Positions 48,837-57,732 of a DNA stretch of 64,000 nt are shown piece after piece. The stretch spans positions 709,632 to 773,631 of the forward strand of contig CAXXYE010000004.1 in the NCBI GenBank assembly GCA_963674865.2, given 5' to 3'. The stretch comes from Candidatus Hydrogenedentota bacterium (GTDB lineage Bacteria; Hydrogenedentota; Hydrogenedentia; Hydrogenedentales; SLHB01). A program made the translations under genes and the position numbers. Every line of letters begins with the position of its first letter. Positions within the stretch are counted from its first letter, which is position 1. The notes beneath the pieces were generated by a model that worked only from the letters and a program-made list of their open reading frames with translations, was not told where the DNA came from and did no database searches.

Positions 48837-49051
48837 AACACGATGATTTGCACGGCTGGAGGGAATGGGCTACAATCAGGGTCATGATTACGTGGCACGA
48901 TAGGTGTTCGCCGCTTGTGATGGGTATGTCCATGCCCGCTTGAAGCGGGCCCTTCCTGTTTTTCCCCGGTTTTTGATTCTCATTCTTGGACTGTATCATG
49001 TCGCCTGTGCGTTGCGCCGGGCGGGCATGACGCGTGAAAGTGGGGAGTATC

Positions 49052-50788
49052 ATGACGAAACAACGTTACTTGATAACCTCGGCGCTGCCTTACTCGAACG
49101 GCCGCCTGCATGTGGGGCACGTGGCGGGGGCGTATCTGCCCGCGGACACGTATGTGCGGTACCGGCGCGCGCGGGGCGATGATGTCCGGTTCATTTGCGG
49201 GAGCGATGACAACGGCGTGAGCGCGTTGATCGCCGCCCGCAAGGAGGGAACGTCAGTCGAGGAACTGACGGCGCATTACAATGCGCGGCAGGCGGCGGAT
49301 TTCGAGGGCCTGGGCATCGCCTTCGACATCTACGGCGGAACGCATCAACCGGGGTTTACGGAGTTGCATGAACGGCTAAGCCAGGAGTTCTTCTCGACGA
49401 TTCATGATGAGGGATTCTTCACGAAGCGGACGACGAAGCAGTTGTTCGACGTGGAGGCGCAGCAGTTCCTGCCGGATCGCTACGTGAAGGGCACGTGTTA
49501 CCACACGAAGGCGGACGGAACGCCGTGCGGCTATGGCGAGGCGTACGGGGATCAGTGCGAAGCCTGCGGCAACATGATCGATCCGGTGCAGCTCGTCGAC
49601 CCGGTGAGCACAATCACAGGCACGACGCCGGAGCCGCGCGAGACGACGCATTGGTATCTTCGGCTGGATCAGTTCAGTGAGCCGATCCGTGAATGGCTGG
49701 AGGGAAAGCGTAAGCCGGAGGACGGCTCGCCGCCGTGGCGCGACATGGTGTTGAACTTCACGCTCGGACAGATCAAGCAGGGCCTGCCGGAGCGGGCCAT
49801 GACGCGCGACTTGGACTGGGGCATTCCGGTGCCGCTGGAGGATCCGGACGCGCAGGGCAAGGTGTTGTACGTGTGGTTCGACGCGCCCATCGGATACGTG
49901 TCGTTCACGGCGAAGCTGTGCGAGACGCAGGGCGGCGACTGGAAGGACTATGAGCGCTGGTGGAAGGACCCGGAATGCCGGATTGTGCATTTCGTGGGCG
50001 AGGACAACACGATCTTTCACGCGCTGACGTGGCCGGCGATGCTGATGGCGCAGGGGACGTATGAGCTGCCGTGGCAGGTGTGCGTCAACGCGTTCCTGAA
50101 CATCAAGTTTCCGGGCCAGGATGAGCAGAAGATCAGCAAGAGCCGCGGGGCGGCGATCTGGATCGAGGAGTATCTGAAGGCGTTCGACCCGGATCCGCTG
50201 CGGTATTACCTGACGGCCATCGCCCCGGAGAACCAGCGGGCCGCGTTCGACGTGGACGACTTCTTCGTCCGGAACAATTCCGAACTGTCGAATGTGCTGG
50301 GCAATTTCGTGAACAGGACGGTTACGTTTGCGAAGCGGTATTTCGATGGGCGCGTCCCGGATGCGGGGGAGCGTTCGGCCGCCGATGAGGAGCAGTTGGC
50401 GCTGTGCAAGCGTCAGGCGGAGAAGGCGGGGGAGTTGCTCGAACTGTTCCGGTTCAAAGCGGCGCTGGGCGAAGTGATGGCGCTGGCGCGAGAGGGAAAC
50501 CGGTATTTCGACGCCAAGCAGCCATGGAAGCAGCGCAAGGAAGACTTGGCGGCGTGCGGCACGACGATCAACGTGTGCCTGCAAACCGTGAAGGCGCTGG
50601 CGACGATTATGGCGCCGTTCCTGCCGTTTTCGTCGGCCAAGTGCGCGGCGATGCTGTGTCTGGAGGGCGAGGCGCTTCCGTGGGATGAGGCCGCGGCGCC
50701 GCTGCCGGACGGGCATCCGCTGGGTGAGCCGGCGATCCTGTTCAAGAAGCTGGACACGACGACGCTGGGCGAGCCGCAGGAGGGATAG
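49052..50788 (+). CDS. metG: Methionine--tRNA ligase (short form, no C-terminal OB domain)
   Basis: SALPYSNGRLHVGH, WGIPVP, LYVWFDAPIGY, KISKSRG, LRYYL and LGNFVNR. Confidence 0.97.
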   Translation: MTKQRYLITSALPYSNGRLHVGHVAGAYLPADTYVRYRRARGDDVRFICGSDDNGVSALIAARKEGTSVEELTAHYNARQAADFEGLGIAFDIYGGTHQPGFTELHERLSQEFFSTIHDEGFFTKRTTKQLFDVEAQQFLPDRYVKGTCYHTKADGTPCGYGEAYGDQCEACGNMIDPVQLVDPVSTITGTTPEPRETTHWYLRLDQFSEPIREWLEGKRKPEDGSPPWRDMVLNFTLGQIKQGLPERAMTRDLDWGIPVPLEDPDAQGKVLYVWFDAPIGYVSFTAKLCETQGGDWKDYERWWKDPECRIVHFVGEDNTIFHALTWPAMLMAQGTYELPWQVCVNAFLNIKFPGQDEQKISKSRGAAIWIEEYLKAFDPDPLRYYLTAIAPENQRAAFDVDDFFVRNNSELSNVLGNFVNRTVTFAKRYFDGRVPDAGERSAADEEQLALCKRQAEKAGELLELFRFKAALGEVMALAREGNRYFDAKQPWKQRKEDLAACGTTINVCLQTVKALATIMAPFLPFSSAKCAAMLCLEGEALPWDEAAAPLPDGHPLGEPAILFKKLDTTTLGEPQEG

Positions 50789-50808
50789 GGCCGCGGGGTG
50801 GGGCGTGT

Positions 50809-51760
50809 ATCTCACGCCAAGCCGCCAAGCACGCTAAACGCCGCCGGGGTGGAGTCCGCTGTGTGGTACTTTGCCTGTGGAGCGGTGCCGGACAAGATTT
50901 GCCGACCACAGATGGACACGGATGAACGCAGATGAATGTGAGGGGACTCGCGTGGACGTTGCCGGCGGGTCGATGCTGGGAGGCGAATCCTCTTTTCTGG
51001 ACAAGATTGACAAGATGGACAAGATGAGACGGGGTATCCTGTGCATGCTGTCTTCGTCTGGGGGAGGCGGCACGCTGATTCACTGGGGGCCTGCTACGCG
51101 CGCAAGGTTTCGATAGAGGCCCAGGTAAACATGGGCGTTGTCGCGCCCTTGCAGGGCTTACGATAGGGGGAGAGACCGATGTCCCGGCGCGATGCGCCGG
51201 GCTGGTATGCACGGCCCCTTCAGGGCCGGTACGGCGTGAAGTACATGGAGCCGGCAAGAGGGCCTCTCTCGCGGCTTGGCGGGATTTGCCGACCACAGAT
51301 GGACACAGCGCGGCCTTTGGCCGCAACCAAAGGGCAAAGTCCCCCAATCCCCCTTCAAAGGGGGACTTAAGGCACTGGCGGGCCTGTTCTTACTGTTCTC
51401 GCCATGTTGGCGCGGTCTTCAACTTCTATGCAGAGAGAACAAGAAACTGACGGATAGTAATACGGATGAACGCAGATGAGTAAGCGGCTGGATTCATGGG
51501 TTCCCGGAAGCTGCATAGAGGCCCAGACAGAACTCGGGTCTCCACGCTCTGACGCCTCCGCATGAAGTGCACGGAAGGCGCGGTGTGTCTCGGGCCAACC
51601 TGCCAAGTTCGCCTAGGAATCGGAAGCCGCAAGGCCCTTGCGGGGGGTTGGGGTATGAGCGAGAGGCAGCCGAGACAAGCTGAAGCTTGTACTCCAAACC
51701 AGTCTTGGGTAGGGGGTAGGCATGGGGCCCTCACGGGGTGGAGGCTGAGCCCGGGTGGCG
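50809..51760. repeat. Non-coding cluster of several different short repeat/palindrome families
   Basis: GATTTGCCGACCACAGATGGACAC at 50896 and 51283; GACAAGAT x3 near 51000; GCCCTTGCAGGGC module near 51140-51226; CCCCCTTCAAAGGGGG near 51350; CAAGCTGAAGCTTG near 51676. Confidence 0.75.
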
Positions 51761-51835
51761 GGTTGCCAATTGCGCCGCGCGTCAAGTCATTGGAAGTGAA
51801 GCCATTAGCGAAATCAGTTTCCCCACCCGTTTGGT

Positions 51836-51913
51836 GAGCACGTCTCAAGAGATGGGGCCGTCTTAGAGCACCGTGTGCGCGGCGCGGTCGAGTTATCCGG
51901 CGATGACGGCTGA
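51836..51913 (+). repeat. About 77-bp imperfect direct repeat, copy 1 (upstream of lipA)
   Basis: Shares GAGCA..TCAAG.GATGG..CCG.GTGCGCGGC...GTCGAGTTATCCGGCGAT..GCTGA with 52918..52994. Confidence 0.75.
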
Positions 51914-51942
51914 GGCAGGCTTATGATCGATTGGGAGTCGCA

Positions 51943-51951
51943 TGCTATAAT
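51943..51951 (+). promoter_or_regulatory. Extended -10 promoter element upstream of lipA
   Basis: TGCTATAAT (TGnTATAAT) about 60 nt upstream of the start. Confidence 0.55.
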
Positions 51952-52008
51952 CCGGGGGTGACGATTGCAGGGCCGATTCCAAGAACATAAATGATGGGTT
52001 AACTCTTT

Positions 52009-52899
52009 GTGAAACGGCAGTTTCCAGCGTGGATTCGCCGGCAGTGGGCGGGTGGCGAGGCGTTTTCGGACGTGAAGGCGCTCTTAAGCGATCTCAGCCT
52101 GCACACGGTGTGCCAGAGCGCGCGTTGCCCGAATATGGGCGCGTGCTGGAAGCGGGGCACGGCGACGCTGATGATTCTGGGCCATGTATGCACGCGGGAT
52201 TGCCGGTACTGCGCCGTGGCCACGGGCAGGCCGGACGCAGTAGATGCCGAGGAACCGGGCCGTGTGGCGGAGGCGGTGCACCGCCTGGCGCTGAAGCACG
52301 TGGTGATCACGTCGGTGACGCGGGATGACCTCGCGGACGGCGGCGCGGCGCATTTCACGCGAACGGTGGAGGCCATCCGCGCGCGGAATCCCGAGACGAC
52401 AGTCGAGGTGCTGGTTCCTGATTTCGGCGGGGACGCGGCGGCGGTGGCCACGGTGCTGGCGTCGGGGCCAACGGTGTTCGGGCACAATGTCGAGACGGTG
52501 GCGCGGCTCTATCCGGAGGCTCGCTCCGCGCGGGCAAGTTACCGGCGCTCGCTCGGCGTGCTAGAGGCGGCGGCGGGTTCGTCGGACGCCATCATCAAGT
52601 CCGCGTTTATGGTGGGCCACGGCGAGCGCGTCGAGGAGGTGCACGAGACATTTGCTGACCTCCGGGCGTCGGGCTGCGAGGCGGTCTGCATCGGGCAGTA
52701 TCTTCAGCCGACGAAGCATCAGCGCGAGGTGGTTGAGTTTATAACGCCGGAGCAATTCAAGGCATATGAAGCAAGGGCCTATGAACTCGGTTTCGGATTT
52801 GCGCTTGCAGGACCCTTCGTGAGGAGTTCATACTTTGCCGAGCGTGTGGTTGCGTTGCGGCGCGCTGAGTCGTTGGAAGCAGAAGCACCGGCTCAATGA
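52009..52899 (+). CDS. lipA: Lipoyl synthase
   Basis: CQSARCPNMGAC (Cx4Cx5C), CTRDCRYC radical-SAM motif, HNVETV, GQYLQP and RSSY. Confidence 0.97.
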   Translation: MKRQFPAWIRRQWAGGEAFSDVKALLSDLSLHTVCQSARCPNMGACWKRGTATLMILGHVCTRDCRYCAVATGRPDAVDAEEPGRVAEAVHRLALKHVVITSVTRDDLADGGAAHFTRTVEAIRARNPETTVEVLVPDFGGDAAAVATVLASGPTVFGHNVETVARLYPEARSARASYRRSLGVLEAAAGSSDAIIKSAFMVGHGERVEEVHETFADLRASGCEAVCIGQYLQPTKHQREVVEFITPEQFKAYEARAYELGFGFALAGPFVRSSYFAERVVALRRAESLEAEAPAQ

Positions 52900-52917
52900 G
52901 CGGCTTCACCTATTAGG

Positions 52918-52994
52918 GAGCAGCTTTCAAGGGATGGATCCGGAGTGGCGCCGCGTGCGCGGCTGCGTCGAGTTATCCGGCGATTGCAAGCTGA
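52918..52994 (+). repeat. About 77-bp imperfect direct repeat, copy 2 (upstream of the lipoyl-carrier gene)
   Basis: 18-bp identical core GTCGAGTTATCCGGCGAT at 51887 and 52967. Confidence 0.75.
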
Positions 52995-53021
52995 CTTGGT
53001 TCTTGCACAGGGAGCAGTAGG

Positions 53022-53261
53022 ATGAGATATGAGGTGAAGCTTCCGAGCCTGGGCGAAGACGCCGAAGAGCAAGCTACCGTCTCGTATTGGCTGGTGGACG
53101 AGGGCGATGAGGTGAACGAAGGGGACGACCTTGTCGAGCTGACGACTGACAAGGCCGCCTTCAGCGTGCCCAGCCCGCATTCCGGCACCCTGGTGGAGAA
53201 ACTGGTCGAGGAGGGCGACGAGGTGGCGGTGGGCGACGTGCTCTGCGCCATCGAAGCCTGA
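53022..53261 (+). CDS. Stand-alone E2-type lipoyl-carrier domain protein
   Basis: 79 aa; VKLPSLGE, WLVDEGD.V, ELTTDKA (lipoyl-Lys) and VPSPHSG. Confidence 0.9.
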   Translation: MRYEVKLPSLGEDAEEQATVSYWLVDEGDEVNEGDDLVELTTDKAAFSVPSPHSGTLVEKLVEEGDEVAVGDVLCAIEA

Positions 53262-53332
53262 ACGACGGCTATGGAAGGGGCCTCCGGCCTCGATTGCGAA
53301 TCGTATAGCGGTTTGATGGGAAAGGAAGTGGT

Positions 53333-54607
53333 ATGCCTCTTGGAGTGGGTGTCATCGGCGCGGGGACGGTTGGCGGGGGGGTAGTCAAGACGTTGCTTGA
53401 GAAGCCCTTCACGCCGGAGAACCGTCCGGGCGTGGATGTTGTGCTAAGGCACGTCGCCGAATTGGATTCGAGTCACATCGAGGAGTTCGATTTGTCCGGC
53501 GTGGCGGTGACGAAGGATGCGCGGGCGTTGCTCGCGGATCCGTCGGTGAACGTGGTTTGTGAGCTTATCGGAGGGAAGGAGCCCGCGAGAACCTTCATAC
53601 TCGAGGCCCTGGGCGCGGGGAAACACGTGGTTACCGCGAACAAGATGCTCCTTGCCGAGAACGGTCCCGAGCTATGTCACGCGGCGGCAACGAATGGCGT
53701 GGAACTGCGCTACGAGGCGGCCGTGGCGGGCGGTATCCCGATCATCAAAGCGCTGCGCGAGGGTTTGGCGGCCAACGAGATCGAGTTTGTCTACGGCATC
53801 TTGAACGGCACGTGCAACTACATTCTCAGCCGGATGACGTACGACGGCATGACGTTCGAGGATGCCTTACGGCAGGCCACGGAACTGGGATTCGCGGAGA
53901 CGCCTCCGGACCTCGATATCGAAGGCCATGATACGGCGCACAAGTGCCAAATCATCGCGTCGCTATGCTACTCGACGGAGGTGGCCCTCGAAGAAATCCA
54001 CGTGGAGGGTGTCACGCAGGTGACGCATGCGGACGTGGCCTACGCCGATGAGTTGGGCTACCTGATCAAACTCCTGGCCATCGTTCGCTCGGTTGACGGC
54101 GAGATCGAGGCACGGGTGCATCCGACGCTCGTACCGAAGGTCCACCTGCTGGCATCGGTTCGCAACGAGTTCAACGCGGTTTACGTGAAGGGCGACGTGG
54201 CCGACGCGACGCTCTACTATGGGCGGGGCGCCGGCCGGATGCCGACGGCGAGCGCGGTGATGGCGGACATCATAGACATCGCCCGCCGGGGAGACGGTCC
54301 CGCGCCGCCGCCGTTCATGTACGGCGAGCGGCGGCCCCTGCGTCCGATGGGGCACGTCACAAGCCGGTACTACCTCCGTCTGACGACGCTGGATAAGCCT
54401 GGCGTGCTCGGTAGAGTCGGCACCATTCTGGGCGAGCACGGCGTGAGCGTCGCCTCGTGCATACAGAAAGAGCAGCACGAGAATGACGCTGTCCATCTCG
54501 TCATGATGACGCATGAAACCGTCGAGGCGTCCTTGCGCAACGCCCTGGGCGAGGTCGACCAACTCGACTGCATCCGAGGCGCTACGCAGGTTCTTCGGGT
54601 CTTGTAG
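53333..54607 (+). CDS. hom: Homoserine dehydrogenase with C-terminal ACT domain
   Basis: GAGTVGGG, VVTANK, YEAAVAGGIP, GILNGTCNYIL, GRGAG..PTASAV and DKPGVL. Confidence 0.96.
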   Translation: MPLGVGVIGAGTVGGGVVKTLLEKPFTPENRPGVDVVLRHVAELDSSHIEEFDLSGVAVTKDARALLADPSVNVVCELIGGKEPARTFILEALGAGKHVVTANKMLLAENGPELCHAAATNGVELRYEAAVAGGIPIIKALREGLAANEIEFVYGILNGTCNYILSRMTYDGMTFEDALRQATELGFAETPPDLDIEGHDTAHKCQIIASLCYSTEVALEEIHVEGVTQVTHADVAYADELGYLIKLLAIVRSVDGEIEARVHPTLVPKVHLLASVRNEFNAVYVKGDVADATLYYGRGAGRMPTASAVMADIIDIARRGDGPAPPPFMYGERRPLRPMGHVTSRYYLRLTTLDKPGVLGRVGTILGEHGVSVASCIQKEQHENDAVHLVMMTHETVEASLRNALGEVDQLDCIRGATQVLRVL

Positions 54608-54704
54608 ACTCGGACTGCTTGGCATGTTGGTGTTTCGTCATGAAGTCGCGCGAGCCTCGCAGGCGGCTCGCTTTGTGATCATCCCATCTTAGGAGAGGCC
54701 GACT

Positions 54705-55802
54705 ATGTGGAACCGCGGGGTCATCGAACGGTATCGAGAATTCCTGCCCGTCACTGAGAAAACATGCGTCATCACGCTTAACGAGGGCTCGACGCCGCTG
54801 ATACCGGCCTATAAGTTGAGCGCCGCGATCCACCCCCGTCTCGAGCTTTGGCTCAAGTACGAGGGGCTGAATCCGACGGGGTCATTCAAGGATCGGGGCA
54901 TGACGATGGCCGTTACGCAGGCCGTGGCCGATGGATTTGAGGCGGTCATGTGCGCGTCGACGGGCAATACCTCCGCGGCGGCCGCGGCGTACGCCAGCCG
55001 GGCCGGGATTAAGTGCGTGGTCCTGATCCCCGAGGGAAAGATCGCGCTGGGCAAACTGTCACAGGCGATGATCCACGGCGCTATCGTCGTGCAGATCAAA
55101 GGCAATTTCGATAATGCGCTTGAACTCGTCCGCAAGGTGACGCAGGATTATCCCATCGCGCTCGTGAATTCGATCAATCCCTATCGGATTGAGGGCCAGA
55201 AGACGGGGGCCTTCGAGATTGTGGACGATTTCGATGGGTATGCGCCGGATTTCCACGTGTTGCCTGTTGGTAACGCCGGCAATATCACGGCGTATTGGAA
55301 GGGCTACAAAGAATACCGTGAAGCGGGCAAGTCAGAGAACCTGCCCAAGATGCTCGGCTTCCAGGCGGCCGGGGCGGCGCCTATCGTTCTCGGGCAGCCG
55401 GTGGAGAAGCCTTCGACGTTCGCCACGGCGATCCGCATCGGCAATCCGGCAAGCTGGAAGACGGCCGAAGAAGCAAGGGATGAGTCGGGCGGCCTCATTG
55501 ACATGGTTACGGACGACGAGATCCGCGCGGCCTATAGAATGCTTGCGTCAACGGAAGGCATTTTTGCCGAGCCGGCGAGCGCGGCCGGAATCGCGGGGCT
55601 CATCAAGCTCTCCGAAGCGGGCTATTTTGACGACAAGAAGCCGCTCATTGGCGAGAAGCTGCGGGTGGCGTGCATCTTGACGGGACATGGACTCAAGGAC
55701 CCGGACAGCGCGATCAAAGCGGCCGAGGAAACCATCACCGTGGAAGCTGAAGAGGAAGCGGTTCTCGAGGCCATCGGCATGGCCGAGCCGGCCATGGCCT
55801 GA
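54705..55802 (+). CDS. thrC: Threonine synthase
   Basis: [39 protein letters not shown] and TGHGLKD. Confidence 0.96.
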   Translation: MWNRGVIERYREFLPVTEKTCVITLNEGSTPLIPAYKLSAAIHPRLELWLKYEGLNPTGSFKDRGMTMAVTQAVADGFEAVMCASTGNTSAAAAAYASRAGIKCVVLIPEGKIALGKLSQAMIHGAIVVQIKGNFDNALELVRKVTQDYPIALVNSINPYRIEGQKTGAFEIVDDFDGYAPDFHVLPVGNAGNITAYWKGYKEYREAGKSENLPKMLGFQAAGAAPIVLGQPVEKPSTFATAIRIGNPASWKTAEEARDESGGLIDMVTDDEIRAAYRMLASTEGIFAEPASAAGIAGLIKLSEAGYFDDKKPLIGEKLRVACILTGHGLKDPDSAIKAAEETITVEAEEEAVLEAIGMAEPAMA

Positions 55803-55821
55803 GCACCTCCGGAGCTACGGA

Positions 55822-56478
55822 ATGGAATCCTCGTTGGCGCGACAGATCGAAGTTGTGCGCCTGCCAGGGCTGGTCCCCTTCCAGGAGGCGGCGGCGCTTC
55901 AGCAGGAGCGCCAGCGGGCCGTCGAAGAGGGCCGTGCGGGAAACGCCCTGTTCCTGCTCGAGCACGAGCCGGTGATCACGCTGGGCCGGAGCGCCCACGA
56001 GGAAAATCTCTTACGCTCGCGCGAAGAGCTTGTCGGCATGGGGATCGGCCTGGAGGAAACCGGGCGCGGGGGTGATGTCACCTACCATGGGCCGGGGCAA
56101 CTCGTCGCCTATCCTATCCTTGATCTGCAGCTCTGGCGGCCGTCCATCCGGTGGTATCTACGCGAACTCGAGGCGGTGGTGATGGATCTGCTGCGGGACT
56201 ACGGCCTGGATGGTGAACGTCAAGACGGATTCACCGGGGTGTGGGTCGGGGGTGCAAAGATCGCCGCCATCGGCGTGAGGATTCACCGCTGGGTAACGAG
56301 CCACGGCGTGTCGCTGAATGTGGATCCCATCATGGCGCACTTCGATACCATCGTCCCTTGCGGCCTGGTCGGCAAGCCTGTGACGAGTCTCCGCGCGCTC
56401 ATGGGCGAGGCCCCGCCAATGAGTGAGGTCATGGAGTGCTTCGAGGCGTCATTCAAGGCTCGGTTCAGCGCCGAATAA
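55822..56478 (+). CDS. lipB: Lipoyl(octanoyl) transferase
   Basis: LLEHEPVITLG, RGGDVTYHGPGQLVAYP, KIAAIG, HGVSLN and IVPCG. Confidence 0.95.
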   Translation: MESSLARQIEVVRLPGLVPFQEAAALQQERQRAVEEGRAGNALFLLEHEPVITLGRSAHEENLLRSREELVGMGIGLEETGRGGDVTYHGPGQLVAYPILDLQLWRPSIRWYLRELEAVVMDLLRDYGLDGERQDGFTGVWVGGAKIAAIGVRIHRWVTSHGVSLNVDPIMAHFDTIVPCGLVGKPVTSLRALMGEAPPMSEVMECFEASFKARFSAE

Positions 56479-56502
56479 GGCGCAGCCACGTCGGAGGGTC
56501 GA

Positions 56503-57534
56503 TCACGGCTCGGTGCCAGGGCTGGAGCTCGCCTCGGGGGCAAGGGCGTCGAGTGCGGCGCGTGTCCGGGGCTGGTCAGGGTCTACATCAAGCGAGCGCT
56601 GGAAGGCCACTCTTGCGGCGTCCGTGTCGCCGCGCTGCCGATTGATGGAGCCGAGGAGGTTCCAGGCAACGACATTGTCGGGGTCGAGCTTGAGTGAGCG
56701 TTCCAGGGGCGCCATGGCGTCGCCGAACCGGGCCAGGCGGACAAGCAGCTTGGCGTAGGCCAAATGGTCTTCCGCCGTGTCGGTGAACCATTCGCGGCGT
56801 TGTGCGAAATCATCCAGGGCGCTCTCAAGAAGCACGGTGTATTCGGGCGGGGCAAAGCCCATGGCGTCGAAGGCATCCGCGGCCTCGCGGACGTGTCCGT
56901 CGCGCACGCGCAGTGTGGCAAGCATGGCGACAATGCCAAGGTCCTCCGGCGCGCGTTGGGCGGCCTCGGCCAGGTTGCTCTCGGCGAGGTCATAGAGTCC
57001 GAGCCGCCAGTAGACGCGGCCAAGCACGGCCTGGGCATTGGCCATGCCGGCGGGCTCGGGATTGAGCGCCATGGCCTTTCGGAGCGCTTCAACCGCCTCG
57101 AGATTGTAGCTCTCGCCCTCAAGGGCGGAAAGCGAGCGGCCCAACTGGAACCAGAACCAGGGATTGGTCTTGCCGGACTTCGTCTGCGTTGCGCTGCGCC
57201 AGGCATCGGCAGCAAGGTCGAAATCGCCTTGATTGAAGAGGACTTCGGCATAGTCGACGAGAACGTCGGGGTCTTTTGACTCACCCGCTTTGGACTGCTC
57301 AAAGATGCGGCGCGCCTCGCGGAGGTTGGTCTGGGCGGCGTCCTGGTGTTTGGCGTAGGCGGCGCCGTCCTGGGCCTGCTGCGCCGCGGCAACGGCCGTC
57401 ATTTCTTGGCGGTACAGGTCCATGCGCTCCGAGCCGGCCGCCCATTCTTCGGCGCGCTTGCCGCAGGCGGCGCTCGTCAGAAGCAACAGCGCAGCCAAGA
57501 CACCGGCGCGCCGGGAAATGCGAAGTCGTCTCAA
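56503..57534 (-). CDS. TPR-repeat lipoprotein
   Basis: Probable TTG start at 57534 after GAGGAG; basic n-region, LAALLLLTSAAC lipobox, multiple TPRs. Confidence 0.75.
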   Translation of the reverse strand: MRRLRISRRAGVLAALLLLTSAACGKRAEEWAAGSERMDLYRQEMTAVAAAQQAQDGAAYAKHQDAAQTNLREARRIFEQSKAGESKDPDVLVDYAEVLFNQGDFDLAADAWRSATQTKSGKTNPWFWFQLGRSLSALEGESYNLEAVEALRKAMALNPEPAGMANAQAVLGRVYWRLGLYDLAESNLAEAAQRAPEDLGIVAMLATLRVRDGHVREAADAFDAMGFAPPEYTVLLESALDDFAQRREWFTDTAEDHLAYAKLLVRLARFGDAMAPLERSLKLDPDNVVAWNLLGSINRQRGDTDAARVAFQRSLDVDPDQPRTRAALDALAPEASSSPGTEP

Positions 57535-57732
57535 ACCATTCTCCTCGTGCCTTGTTGGCGCATGCTCACGCACCCGTGCCGACGTGTTGGTAGCGTAGAC
57601 GGACTGTAATCCGCCAACACGGCCAAGACGGCGAGTCACGACCCGCCCTACACCTTCGAGGACGCGCAGGAGCGCGTCCCTCCCTTCCGAATACCTCAGC
57701 AATTGCCTCATTATGTCTCTGAAGACGTTCAC

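Noticed and set aside
49376..50815. 479-aa antisense ORF (and similar long shadow ORFs across the window)
   Set aside because: Mirror of metG; expected in high-GC3 DNA; no motifs
57535..57732. N-terminal extension of the TPR protein
   Set aside because: RBS plus TTG at 57534 gives a proper lipoprotein signal; the upstream part has no support
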